Source of the DNA: Longimicrobiales bacterium
Lineage (GTDB): Bacteria > Gemmatimonadota > Gemmatimonadetes > Longimicrobiales > Gaopeijiaceae
NCBI GenBank assembly: GCA_965218295.1
Contig: CBDCKN010000003.1
Span: 128,001-192,000, forward strand
Length of the DNA stretch: 64,000 nt
Direction: 5' to 3'
A model generated the notes under the pieces. The model was not told the origin of the DNA. It did not search any database and saw only the letters and a list, made by a program, of their open reading frames with translations. The translations under genes were made by a program, and so were the position numbers. Shown piece by piece: positions 37,766-49,380 of the stretch. Every line of letters starts with the position of its first letter. The first letter of the stretch is position 1.

Positions 37766-38711
37766 TCAAGGATCCCGCAACACCACAGCCCTCCGCTCGT
37801 CCAGGCGCCGGAGGCCGACCTCGGCAGCGATCTCCAGCGCCTCGAGGAATTCGTCGGGGTGCAAGCGGCGATCGAGCTGGGCGTAGCGGTCCCCTGACAC
37901 CTTGCCGGCCGGATAGTACTGATCCATGACGTTCACGTAGGTATCGGGCCCGAGCTCCTCGACGATCCACTCCAGGATGTTGCGCGGTTTCGTCCAGGCA
38001 ACCCGGCATGACGAGGTGCCGGATCAGGACGCCTCGCTCGGCCAGCCCGTCGCCATCGATGACCAGGTCACCCACCTGCTTGTGCATCTCCCGAATGGCG
38101 GCCCTGGCGGCCTCCGGATAATCCTCGGCCTTTAGGAACTCCCGGCTCTTCTCGGGGCTCCAGAGCTTGAAGTCGGGCATGTAGATGTCTACCACACCGT
38201 CCATCCACCTGAGGCTCTCGAGCGAATCGTACGCCGAAGTGTTGTATACGATGGGAAGGACGAGCCCGCCGTCCACGGCCAGGCAGACCGCCTCGAGCAC
38301 CTGAGGAACCACGTGCTCGGGAGTGACGAAGTTGATGTTGTGGCACCCGTGGCGCTGGAGGCCCAACATTAGGGAGGCCAGCTCCTCGGGCGGCAGTCCG
38401 GGCTGGGCGGGGCCGGGGCGCACACCCTGGCTGATGTCGAAGTTCTGGCAGAAGACACAGCGGAGGTTGCAGTGGGAGAAGAAGATCGTTCCGGAGCCGT
38501 TCCAACCCCTGAGGCAGTCCTCCTCTCCGAAGTGGGGGAGGGCGCTGCCTACGACCGCGTAGCGTCCGGTCTTGCAGGCCGACCACTTCCCTTGCAGCCG
38601 ATCGACGCGACAGTCTCGAGGGCAAGCGCGGCAGTCGGCCAAGGACGCCACCGCCTGGAGGGAACGCTCCTGGAGCTCGGAACGGCTGAGCCTGAGGTAC
38701 GCAGGAAGCAT
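37766..38711 (-). CDS. PflX-like radical SAM protein (frameshift near 37985)
   Basis: CRACPRDC, PHFGEE, GSGTIFFSHCNLRCVFCQN, YMPDFK, RHLVMPG; the C-terminus (YVNVMDQYYPAG) is in a shifted frame. Confidence 0.85.
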
Positions 38712-38728
38712 GATGTTGAGGCCCTGAG

Positions 38729-39535
38729 ATGAAACCCGACGTTCGGCAGCCGGCCGTCGCCGGGCACTTCTACCCGGACGATCCCGCCGAGCTGCGCCGC
38801 ACGGTGGAAGAGCTCCTGGAGTCCGTCACCCCGATGGGCGAAGACGCCGACGCGCCACCACCGAAAGCTATCATCGCCCCTCACGCGGGCTATGTCTACT
38901 CCGGCCCCACCGCGGCCGCCGCTTATGCGGAGGTGGCACGGACTCGGACCACCGTCGAGCGAGTCGTGCTGTTAGGACCCTGCCACGCCCTTCCAATTCA
39001 CGGGCTCGCCCTTCCCGGAGGCTCAGCTCTCGCCACCCCTCTCGGCGACGTGCCCCTGGACGAGGAGGGCGTCCGCGTCGCCCATGGGCTTCGCCCGGTA
39101 TTCATGCTCCCGAAGGCCCACGACGGGGAGCACAGCCTGGAGGTGCACCTCCCGTTTCTGCAGGTCGTGCTCGACGACTTCACCATCGTCCCCATGGTCG
39201 TCGGCGACCCGGAGCCCGAGCGTGTTGCGGAGGTCCTCGACGCTCTCTGGGGCGGGCCCGAGACGCTTGTCGTAATCAGCTCGGACCTCAGCCATTACCA
39301 GCGCTACCCAGTCGCCTGCGAGCTGGACAAGACCACGGCCCAGGCCATCGAGGCGCTGGACCCGGCCTCGATCGGCTATCACCATGCCTGCGGCCGCGTG
39401 CCCATCATCGGACTCCTCCAGGTCGCCCGGGAAAGAGGCCTCCGGGCTCGGAGGCTGGATCTGCGGAACTCGGGCGACACGGTGGGCAGCCACCACCGGG
39501 TCGTCGGGTACGGCGCCTGGGCCTTCGCGGTCTGA
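38729..39535 (+). CDS. amrB: AmmeMemoRadiSam system protein B (MEMO1 family)
   Basis: VRQPAVAGHFYP, PHAGYVYSG, EHSLEVHLPFLQ, SSDLSHY, ACG, NSGD, VVGYGA. Confidence 0.93.
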   Translation: MKPDVRQPAVAGHFYPDDPAELRRTVEELLESVTPMGEDADAPPPKAIIAPHAGYVYSGPTAAAAYAEVARTRTTVERVVLLGPCHALPIHGLALPGGSALATPLGDVPLDEEGVRVAHGLRPVFMLPKAHDGEHSLEVHLPFLQVVLDDFTIVPMVVGDPEPERVAEVLDALWGGPETLVVISSDLSHYQRYPVACELDKTTAQAIEALDPASIGYHHACGRVPIIGLLQVARERGLRARRLDLRNSGDTVGSHHRVVGYGAWAFAV

Positions 39536-39540
39536 AGAGA

Positions 39541-40650
39541 TCAGGCCTCGAAGTCTTGGAGGCGGACCAGCTTCCTACGGGCCCCCCAGTGACCCGGCCC
39601 GGCCTCGAACACCCCTGGGATCCGGGTCCCACATCGCCCGCACGCCCCGCCCGCCGTCACGTCCCAGCCGAGGATGCTGTACCACTCCCGTTCGATGAGC
39701 CGGTGCCCGCAGGGATGGCAGTATGTGCTGCTGCCGTCCCGGTCACTCACGTTGCCGACGTAGGCGTAGCGAACGCCGTTCCTCAATGCGATGCCGCGTG
39801 CCCGCCGAAGGGTCGAAGGTGGCGTCGGTGGACGATCCATCATCTTCCAGTCGGGATGAAACGCCGTGAAATGCATGGGCACGTCGGGTCCCAATCGCTC
39901 CACCACCCAGCCGGTCATGGCATCGATCTCCTCGTCGGAGTCGTTCTCTCCGGGGATGAGGAGCGTGGTCAGCTCGAACCACACGTCGGTCTCGTACCTG
40001 AGGTAGAGCAACGTCTCCAGGACCGGCTCCAAGTGCGCCGCGCAGACCTTGTTATAGAAGCGCTCAGTGAAGGCCTTGAGGTCCACGTTGGCGGCGTCCA
40101 TGTGTGCGTAGAACTCGGCCCGTGGCTCGGGGCAGACATAACCCGCCGTCACAGCCACGCTCTTCACGCCTCGCTCTCGGCACGCCAGCGCGACGTCGAT
40201 GGCGTACTCGTGGAAGACGACCGGATCGTTGTAGGTGAATGCTACAGCCCGGCACCCAAGGGACTCCGCCGCGCGGGCGATCACCTCAGGAGACGCCCGA
40301 TCCATGAGCGTGTCCATCTCCCTCGACTTACTGATGTCCCAGTTCTGACAGAACTTGCAGGCGAGGTTGCAGCCAGCGGTCCCGAAGGAGAGGATCGGCG
40401 TTCCCGGGAGGAAGTGATTGAGCGGCTTCTTCTCGACGGGATCGATGCAGTAGCCGCTGGAGCGACCGTATGTGGTCAGGACGACGGCGCCGTCATGGTT
40501 CGCCCGAACGAAGCAGAGGCCCCTCTGGCCGGGCCTGAGCTTGCACGCCCGCGGACAGATGTCGCACTGGACCCGACCATCGTCGAGGCGATGCCAGTGG
40601 GAGGTGTCCACCACGCCGGCTACGCCGGCCTGATCCGATCCGTGCTCCAT
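39541..40650 (-). CDS. amrS: AmmeMemoRadiSam system radical SAM enzyme
   Basis: CDICPRAC, GLCFVR, DPVEKKPLNHF.PG, GCNLACKFCQNWDIS, FTYNDP, AFHPDWKM; start uncertain (40650 or 40701). Confidence 0.93.
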   Translation of the reverse strand: MEHGSDQAGVAGVVDTSHWHRLDDGRVQCDICPRACKLRPGQRGLCFVRANHDGAVVLTTYGRSSGYCIDPVEKKPLNHFLPGTPILSFGTAGCNLACKFCQNWDISKSREMDTLMDRASPEVIARAAESLGCRAVAFTYNDPVVFHEYAIDVALACRERGVKSVAVTAGYVCPEPRAEFYAHMDAANVDLKAFTERFYNKVCAAHLEPVLETLLYLRYETDVWFELTTLLIPGENDSDEEIDAMTGWVVERLGPDVPMHFTAFHPDWKMMDRPPTPPSTLRRARGIALRNGVRYAYVGNVSDRDGSSTYCHPCGHRLIEREWYSILGWDVTAGGACGRCGTRIPGVFEAGPGHWGARRKLVRLQDFEA

Positions 40651-40818
40651 ACCTTCCGACCCGTCTCTCGTAACCTGAAGAAATATGGGTCGGGCATCCA
40701 CACCTTGTCACGTCGCCTCGGTGAACAGGTCGCGCGGGGTCCGGGGGACCACCGGGATCAACTCAGGTTCCCGGCGGCGTGGATTCGCTGGGCGGAGCCC
40801 CCGGAGTTACCGTGCGCC

Positions 40819-41209
40819 ATGGACGAAATCCCGGTCGTAGCGGCGGTTATCCGGAGGGGCGGGCGGGTTCTTCTGGGTCGACGCCCCGAGCACAAGCGTC
40901 ACGGAGGCCTCTGGGAGTTCCCCGGCGGAAAAGTCCACGACGGTGAGACGGACTTCCAGGCCCTGGAGCGAGAGCTGGCCGAGGAGCTCGAGGTCAGAAC
41001 GGTCTCGGTTGGCAGCGTCCTCTTCGAGAGTCCGGATCCGGAAGGCACCGTTCCTGATCCGATTCGTCGAGGTGGAAGTCGATGGTGATCCCACCACCCT
41101 CGAGCACGCCGAGATCGGCTGGTTCGACCCGAGCGTCCTACAGGATCTGCCCCTCGCACCCTCCGACGCCCGCTTCGTTGTCCAGCACCTTCTGGCGCCC
41201 AGACCCTGA
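40819..41209 (+). CDS. Nudix hydrolase, MutT/NudG-like (frameshift near 41040)
   Basis: WEFPGGKVHDGETDFQALERELAEEL Nudix box; C-terminus EHAEIGW...LAPSD in a shifted frame. Confidence 0.85.
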
Positions 41210-41244
41210 AGTCGGCCCGCCGTCCGGCCCGGCCCGCCGTCCGG

Positions 41245-42687
41245 TCAGCCACCCTCCAGGATCTTGGCGAGCCAACGGGCCTGGACCTTCGGTATCTCGT
41301 GACAAACACGCCCTCCCCGAACCAGCCCCCGCCCCACCACTTGGCCGTCGAGCCCCAGAGGCACGAAGCCCGGCTCTACACCGGTCACCTCGACCTCCTC
41401 GTCACCGAGGAGCGTCTTCCACTCGTCCCGCGAAAGGGAGACGAGCTTTTGTGCCACGGCCCCTTCGAGGAGTCGTAGAAGGTCGTTCGTCGGCCTGGGT
41501 CTGTCCTTGTAGTCCGGCACCATGGCTCGGAGGCCGACGGACACGACCCGCCACCCGTCGGACTCGCCCCATACGTCCAGGGGCCAACTCCCACAGCGGT
41601 GCACCCACAGGTCATCCCCCTTGGCGATCCATTGGAGATCCTGCATCGCACCTTCCCCCACGCCGAAGAAGGACTTGAGCCTGTCGAGCCCCTCTTCTAT
41701 GGCGCGGGGCCGCCGCCTCGGGATCGGTCCTCCCATCGGGGAACGCCACCGGGACCGGGCTCCAGCCCGGAAGCGCATCGCTATCGCCATCGAGACGGCG
41801 AAGCCGGGCCAGGAAGAGCCCGCCCGAGTCCAGGTGGTGGGGATAGATGCGGCAGGCCCCCTCCAGGCTGGCGTCGTACTGCTGCCCCTCGAAGCAGGTC
41901 AGTCCTGGTGCGTGGGGCGCTTCGATCTCGATGGGATCGAGGACGACCGGAGCATCTTCGAGCACGCGGTGGACCACGGCCTCGTTCTCCTCCGGTGCGA
42001 AGGTGCACGTAGAATAGAGCACGACCCCGCCGGGGCGCGTCAACGCGATGGCCCTTCGCAGGAGGCCCTCCTGTCTCCGCGGGACCCGCTCCCGGAATTT
42101 CCTTCGCTGCCGGCGCAGGGTCCCGCCTTTACGGCGAAGGGTCCCCTCGGCGGAGCAAGGCGCATCCACGAGCACGCGGTCGAAGAGGGCCCCGTCCGGG
42201 AGCGCCCTACCGTCGCCCCGACACCACCAACACGTTGGGATGCGCGGTTCGATAGAGGTTGCCCAACAGGGCGCGGATCCGGTCTTCGTTCCAGTCCACA
42301 GCCACGATGCAGCCTCGATCCTCCATGAGGTCTGCGGCGTGCGTCGTCTTGCCGCCCGGTGCAGCGCACATGTCGAGGACCCTCTCTCCGGGACGGGGGC
42401 CCAGGAGTGGAGCGGCGACACCGGTGGAGGGCCTGCTGGATGTAGAACAGACCGAGCCAGTTCTCGATGGTGTCGGCCACGCTATGGGGGCCGTCCACCA
42501 CGCGCATGAAGTCCCGAAGGCCCTCTACGGGCTCCAGGACGAAGCCCTGCTCCTGGAGCCGGTCGGCGACGTCCGCAAGAGAGATGCGGCCCGTGCGGAC
42601 CCGGATGGTCGTGGGGTCGCGAGAGAGGATGGTGGCCTCAAAGCGATCCCAGTCCGGGATGATGGCTCGGTATCGCTCGAGGGGCAT
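41245..42687 (-). CDS. RsmB/NOP2/RsmF-family RNA m5C methyltransferase (several frameshifts)
   Basis: FYIQ, LDMCAAPGGKT (across a shift), FDRVLVDAPCSAEGT, LYSTCTFAPEENE, split over frames. Confidence 0.82.
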
Positions 42688-42703
42688 CGGGCGTCCCAGA
42701 GTC

Positions 42704-43393
42704 CTAGAGGTCTGCCGACGAAGTGGCCGGCTTGGCCACCCGGGTCGGGCGCGGCTTCGAAGGCCGGCGCCCCCCTCTCCGGACTCGGACGCGGAACAGC
42801 ATGAGCACCACGAGGACGCTGGTCGCCACCAGGGGCCAGTAGGTATCGGCCTTCACCTGCCAGTAGAAGTGCAGCACGCCGAGGGAGGTGGAGACGTAGA
42901 CGAGGCGATGGAGCTTCTGCCACCGCTTCCCGAGCCTCCGGATCCATCCCTTGGTCGACGTCACGGCCAAAGGGATGAGCAGCACCCACGCCGTGAACCC
43001 CACGATGATGTACCGTCGCTCCGTGAGGTCCTCCAGAATGAACTCCCAGTCCAGGGTCTGATCCAGGATGGCGTACGCCAGGAAATGTAAGGTCAGGTAG
43101 AAGAAGCCGAAGAGCCCCAGGATACGCCGCACCGGGATGATGCTGTTCCATCCGGTGACGCGCCGTATCGGCGTCACGGAGAGGGTGGTGAGGAGGAGGA
43201 TCAGCGCCGCACGACCCAGATTGTGGAGGATCTCCTCGATGGGGTTGGCACCCAGACGGTCCGTGAGGGCGCGCCACACCAGCCAGGTGGCGGGGGTGAG
43301 GCCAATCAGCCACACCACCACCTTGAGGAGAAGGATCTGGCGCTTCTTGTTCAATCGGTTTTCGTGGGTTCGAGCAACGCTTCGCTTGATCAA
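42704..43393 (-). CDS. msrQ: Protein-methionine-sulfoxide reductase heme-binding membrane subunit
   Basis: LGANPIE, TLSVTP, RRILGL..FFY.TLH, LAVTS...[20 protein letters not shown]. Confidence 0.92.
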   Translation of the reverse strand: MIKRSVARTHENRLNKKRQILLLKVVVWLIGLTPATWLVWRALTDRLGANPIEEILHNLGRAALILLLTTLSVTPIRRVTGWNSIIPVRRILGLFGFFYLTLHFLAYAILDQTLDWEFILEDLTERRYIIVGFTAWVLLIPLAVTSTKGWIRRLGKRWQKLHRLVYVSTSLGVLHFYWQVKADTYWPLVATSVLVVLMLFRVRVRRGGRRPSKPRPTRVAKPATSSADL

Positions 43394-43400
43394 GACCTGA

Positions 43401-44369
<969 letters not shown>

Positions 44370-44751
44370 CGGTCCCTCCGGTTGGGCCGGGACCGCTTCA
44401 CCAAAGCGGACCCGTCTTTCGCTGGTCCCTCCATATCCCGTCACCCGTTGCGGAAGTTCCCGAGCCGAGCAACACGGGACCGCGTGGAATTGCACACGGG
44501 CGTCCGCCGATCACCCGCCCCGGAATCCGCATCGAGTGATCCGGCCCTGTGGACCCACCGCCCATCCTCGCACCGGAGACACGAAGGCGACGGCCCAGTG
44601 TGGCCCGCTCGGATCGATTCAATCGTGGCGCTTCGGGTAGAGTGTGGGTATCCTGGGCAGTGCCGGGTCGGACAAAAGCCCATGAACACCACCGACATCG
44701 AGGTAGGGAGGAACCAGTGAGAGCGTCTCCCGTTCGTCCTAGCGGTCGCAT

Positions 44752-45261
44752 TTGCTCACGGCAGTCACAGTCTCCCCTGCTCACGTCGCAGCTCAGGAGC
44801 CCGCCCAGAACTTCGAGCTCTCGCTCTTCCCACCCATCCAGCTGCGAGGCGAGGACTCGGCCATAGCCATCCTACGCTTGGGTCTCTACAACAAGAACGT
44901 CGACGTCCGGGGCCTCGACGTCGGCGTGGTGAATCACAACACGGGCGGCGTGTCCAAGGGGCTCCAGTACGGCGTCGTCGGCATCGTCGAAGGCGCCTTC
45001 CTGGGGTGGCAGGACAACATTGTGGTGAACATCAATGAAGCGGAGTTCTTCGGCGTCCAGGGCTTCGGTATCTATAACGAGATCGATTTCGGCGAAGCGT
45101 TCCAGTTCGGGATCTTCAATCGGGCCCGGGATATCTCGGGCTTCCAGCTCGGGATCGTGAACTGGGCCGAGAACACGTACGGGATCCAGATCGGCCTCAT
45201 CAACATCATCAGCGGGAAGGAGAGTCTTCAGTTCCTCCCCATCGTCAACTGGTCGTTCTGA
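44752..45261 (+). CDS. Secreted glycine-rich repeat protein (LA_2272-like GxQxGxxN repeats)
   Basis: GLQYGVV, GVQG, FQFGIFN, GFQLGIVN, GIQIGLIN, C-terminal PIVNWSF. The true start is probably GTG 44717, with a frameshift in the signal peptide. Confidence 0.7.
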   Translation: MLTAVTVSPAHVAAQEPAQNFELSLFPPIQLRGEDSAIAILRLGLYNKNVDVRGLDVGVVNHNTGGVSKGLQYGVVGIVEGAFLGWQDNIVVNINEAEFFGVQGFGIYNEIDFGEAFQFGIFNRARDISGFQLGIVNWAENTYGIQIGLINIISGKESLQFLPIVNWSF

Positions 45262-45384
45262 GGGCCCTCGCGGTGTAGCCCTCCAGGGAGGCGGTGGGGA
45301 TGGCGAACCGGGTGGTGCGCTGATCGTGAACCCCACGGGCTCCCGGCCACACAATCGCGGAGCTCGGGCGTGCACCACGACGTC

Positions 45385-46216
45385 TCAGGCCTTTAGCACG
45401 ACCCCGGGCCGGATACCCGTCCCCCACCGAACAAACAGTGCGATAACCAGCGTCAGCCCGAACACGCACACCAGAAGCGGCCCCGTCGCGACGTCCCACA
45501 CGAAGGACGGCCACCACCCCGGCCACTAACGGCGACCGCTCCCACGGCCCACGCCAGGGCGAGCGCCGCGAGGAATCGGCTCGTGAACAAGAAGGGCCAC
45601 GACGGCGGGGATCACAAGGGCGCAGAACACCATGAGCACGCCGGCGATGGCGACGGAGAACGAGATGACGATTCCCGAAGGGCACGTAGAAGAGGAAGTC
45701 CCAGAGCCGTGCCTGGGTGACGGTGTCGTCACGCAGAGACAAAAGCGACAAAACGGCCTCGGAACACGTAATAGAAGACGCCTAGGCCGGCGTAAACCGC
45801 AGCCATGCGTAGGATCTGCGGCCAGGTCACCCAGATGAGGCTGCCCATTCATCGTCTCTGCCACGTGCCTCCGCCCCCTCGGCAGTGAAGCCGGCCATGA
45901 GGGATGACCGCCGCGGAGGCCACCACGAAGGTGATTCCGATGATGGCCTCCTGGGGCACCACCGTCCCCCTGAGGCGGCTGAACGAGAAGATCAGGGCCC
46001 CGAGAAGCGTGAAACCGAGCGAGAAGGCCAGCGACAGGGGCGTCCCGTGCTCCACGCCCATTATCAAGCCCACGGTAGTACCCAAAGCTGCGATCTGGGC
46101 GAACGCCCAGGTCGACGAAGATCACGGCCCCGGGCGATGACGTGCAGGCCCAGATACGCGTGAAGCGCGAGGATGACGAGGCCCGCCGCGATGGGCGCGA
46201 GCATCAAATCGAGCAT
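45385..46216 (-). pseudogene. Metal ABC transporter permease (ZnuB/MntB-like), heavily frameshifted
   Basis: Pieces in different frames: MLDLMLAP...HAYLGLHVI.RGVIFVDL, AQIAALG, PQEAIIGITFVVASA, WDFLFY, AGVLMVFCALVIPA. Confidence 0.75.
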
Positions 46217-46270
46217 CTAGTGTTCCGTTTCCGAAGTTCGCGAGCCACCAAGAGGGTCGGGGCGCCGTGG
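46217..46270 (-). mobile_element. Isolated 54-bp end of the MITE at 47030-47215
   Basis: Reverse complement of 47162-47215 with 1 mismatch; begins at CTAG abutting the permease ATG. Confidence 0.9.
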
Positions 46271-46484
46271 TCAGCTGGCCGGTCGGGCAACAGCCCCGGC
46301 CAGCCCGTTGACCCAGTAGGAGCAGTCGGATGCTGTCCAGCTGGGCGCGGAGCTGGGCGATCTCCGCCCGTAGCGAGTCGGCCTGCGTGCGTGGAATATC
46401 CTGACCCCGCGCCATTACGGGCAGCGCCGCGAGAGCGCCGGCCAAGATGAAGAGGCTCAAGCCTCTTGTTGATTTCTGCTTCAT
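46271..46484 (-). pseudogene. 5' stub of a secreted/outer-membrane protein truncated at the MITE end
   Basis: MKQKSTRGLSLFILAGALAALPVMARGQ signal peptide plus coiled coil ADSLRAEIAQLRAQLDSI, then runs into the MITE end. Confidence 0.65.
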
Positions 46485-46578
46485 GGTCCTTCCCCTGAGA
46501 CGCCCGCTTCCGACTGCCTGGGAAGGGGCGACGACCGACGGGGCGCGAGCGTCCGCTAAAGTGCGGATGCACCGGCGC

Positions 46579-46983
46579 TCACGGTCTCCCTGCGTGAAGC
46601 AGGGAGGATCTCAGAAGGTGGGTGGACCCCCGAGGGTGGGTGGGACGGGAGAGGCGCGACTGCGGAGTCGCATCCTGCATGGGCGCCACGGTCTCCACGA
46701 TAGAAGGCGGGAGAGCCTTCTCGACATGGGTGGGCTTGCTCGCCCATAGCTGCTTCCCGTAGTGGGAGCAGATAGTGTGATCGTGTGTCGGGAGACTGCA
46801 TGCCGCCTGGTGCTCCGCCTCGATGGCGATCAGAGAGCCCAAGAGATCGCGATCGAGAAAGGGTATGGTGACCCCCACGGCCAGCGGTCCAAATCGCCAG
46901 CGCCGGTCCCCAATCGTTTGGGCCAAGCATTCCCGCAACCGGATCATGACAATGACGCTAGAGGAGTCCGTCTGGGCTGTCAA
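46579..46983 (-). CDS. Small hypothetical protein with His/Cys cluster upstream of the metal-uptake locus
   Basis: IEAEHQAACSLPTHDHTICSH motif after a hydrophobic segment; boundaries uncertain. Confidence 0.4.
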   Translation of the reverse strand: MTAQTDSSSVIVMIRLRECLAQTIGDRRWRFGPLAVGVTIPFLDRDLLGSLIAIEAEHQAACSLPTHDHTICSHYGKQLWASKPTHVEKALPPSIVETVAPMQDATPQSRLSRPTHPRGSTHLLRSSLLHAGRP

Positions 46984-47029
46984 CGCGACGGGCTCCCGTG
47001 GGGGGACTTACGACGTTCCCCGGAAGAGG

Positions 47030-47215
47030 CTAGTGTCCCGTTACCAAAGTGTCTCGGCCAGTCGAGGGCACGGTGCATCCGTGGGCTCGGCGTTGGAACT
47101 CCTTGCGACCACGCTTCGCGCGGTGCCCGCTTGCGCGACGCCGCGTCGTCCCGCCTTGATCCCACGGCGCCCCGGCCCTCTTGGTGGCTCGCGAACTTCG
47201 GAAACGGAACACTAG
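47030..47215. mobile_element. Non-autonomous MITE-like element (186 bp) bounded by CTAG
   Basis: Terminal IRs CTAGTGTCCCGTTACCAAAGT and (reverse complement) CTAGTGTTCCGTTTCCGAAGT; no transposase; a partial second copy lies 0.8 kb away. Confidence 0.8.
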
Positions 47216-47219
47216 ATAA

Positions 47220-49198
47220 ATGAAGAGCTTGTGGAGCGATCGTGAGGCCGCCACCCACGGGGATGACCCGCTGGAGCTTCGCGTCTACACGTCTCGCCTT
47301 CTCGGTCGTGAGCCTGACCTCGTTTTGCATGGTGGCGGCAACACATCAGTCAAGACGACCGCGACCGATCTCTTCGGAAATATTCATCGGGTGCTCTACG
47401 TGAAGGGCAGCGGATGGGGACCTGGAGACCATCGAAGCCCCCGGGTTCGCGCCGGTGCGCCTGGATGCACTCCTGAGCATGGCGGAGCTCGAGCAGCTCG
47501 ACGACGCGGACATGGTCCGCGCCCAGCGGGCCGCGATGCTCGACCCCAATGCGCCCTCCCCGTCCGTCGAGGCCATTCTGCACGCGCTCATCCCTTTCGA
47601 GTACGTCGATCACACGCATGCCGACGCGGTCGTATCCGTCACCAACACGCCGAACGGAGAAGAGGCCATTCGCGACCTCTATGGCGAGCGTGTGTGGGTG
47701 CTTCCGTACGTCATGCCCGGCCTTCGCCTTGGCCCGGACGATCTACACGATGACTCGGGACAGGGATTGGACGGAATGCGACGGCATGATCCTGATGAAT
47801 CATGGCGCATTCACGTTCGCGGACGACGCGAAGAGCTCGTACGAGAGGATGATCGAGCTCGTCAGTCGGGCCGAGAAGTATGTGGCTGCTCGGACGAGTC
47901 CGCCGAATGACGCCTGCGGAGCCTCTGCCGGAGGACCTGGAGGCGTTGGCCCGGATTCGGCGGTCGGTCGGAGCGGCGCGGGGAGAGGCCGTTCTCGCAC
48001 GTTGGGACGAGGATCCGGAGTCCGTCGAATTCTCGCAATTGCCGGAGGTGGCGGGCCTGTCGACACGCGGGCCGCTGACCCCGGATCACGTCATCCCGGA
48101 CCAAGCGCACAGCATTGGTCCTAGGGGACGATCCGGCGGCGGACGTCGAGGAGTACGCCACGAGCTACCGAGAGTACTTCGAGCGTAATACCACCGAGGG
48201 CCTGACCTGCCTGGACCCGGCCCCGCGCTGGGCCGTCTGGCCGGGTCGCGGCACGATCTGCTTCGGACGTAACCCCAAGGAGGCTCGCATCGTAGCGGAC
48301 ATCAAGGACCACACGATTCGCGCGATCCAGGTCGCCGAAGCTCTGGGCGGATGGACCGCCCTCCCGGAGAAGGACGTGTTCGAGGTCGAATACTGGGTCT
48401 TGGAGCAGGCCAAGCTCGGCCGATCCGGATCGCCACCTCTGCTGGCAGGCAAGATCGCCCTGGTCACCGGGGCGGCGAGCGGGATCGGGTTGGCGTGTGC
48501 GAGCGAGCTTCAGCGCCTGGGGGCGGTTGTGGGCGCGCTCGACGTCAATCCCGAGATCGTCGAGCTGATGGACTCCGAGATCGGGCTCGGAATCGAGTGC
48601 GACGTCGTGGACGACAGGGCGCTGGGCGGACGCCGTGAGGGCCGTGGTACGGCAGTTCGGGGGGCTAGACATCGTCATCGACAACGTGGGCGTCTTCCCG
48701 AAGAGCCGAGGTCATCGAGGGAATCCAGGCCGAGACCTGGGACCACAGCATGGCCGTGAATCTGACCAGCCATCAGCGGTTATGGCAGTCGTGTATACCC
48801 TTCCCTGCGCCTCGGCACGGACCCCGCGGTGGTCGTGATCGCGTCGAAAAACGTTTCCGGCTCCCGGACCGGGTGCCGCCGCTTACTCCGTCGCTAAAGC
48901 GGGGCTCACCCAGTTGGCAAGGGTAGCAGCCCTGGAGCTCGGGGGGGCAGGGATCCGAGTCAACGTCCTGCACCCCGACAAGGTGTACGACACCGCCCTC
49001 TGGACCCCTGATTTGCTCGAGGAGCGGGCGGCACACTACGGCGTCAGTGTCGACGAGTACAAGACGCGCAACGTTCTGGGGATCGAAGTCAGCTCCCGGG
49101 ACGTAGCGGCCCTGGCGTGCGCCATGGCCGGGCCGTTGTTCGCGAAGACCACCGGAGCTCAGATTCCCGTGGACGGGGGGGACGTCCGCGTCATCTGA
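47220..49198 (+). CDS. Bifunctional class II aldolase/short-chain dehydrogenase (RhaD/SDR-like), multiple frameshifts
   Basis: RVYTSRLLG.E..LVLHGGGNTSVK, YVKGSGW, PSVEAILHA, VDHTHAD, TPDHVI, EYWVLEQAKL, TGAASGIG, AYSVAKA, PVDGG. Confidence 0.85.
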
Positions 49199-49380
49199 CG
49201 ACGGCCACGCGACTGGGCCCCATCAGGGTGTCGGTCGAATCCGTCGCTCAGGCGCCGATCGGGTAGAAGCGAACGCCACAAGAGCCGTGGGCAGACGCGA
49301 CATCCTCCCCGCGAGTGGTTTGGTCGAGGCGGGCTCCACCGTGTACGTTGCTCGATCCTTTTCCCTGACGAAGGATCGGC

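Noticed and set aside
35104..41088. Long antisense ORFs (for example 35104-36846 and 39556-41088; likewise 29585-31120 and 61138-62448)
   Set aside because: Shadow ORFs typical of high-GC DNA opposite well-supported genes; only the last ~90 codons of 39556-41088 are real (Nudix).
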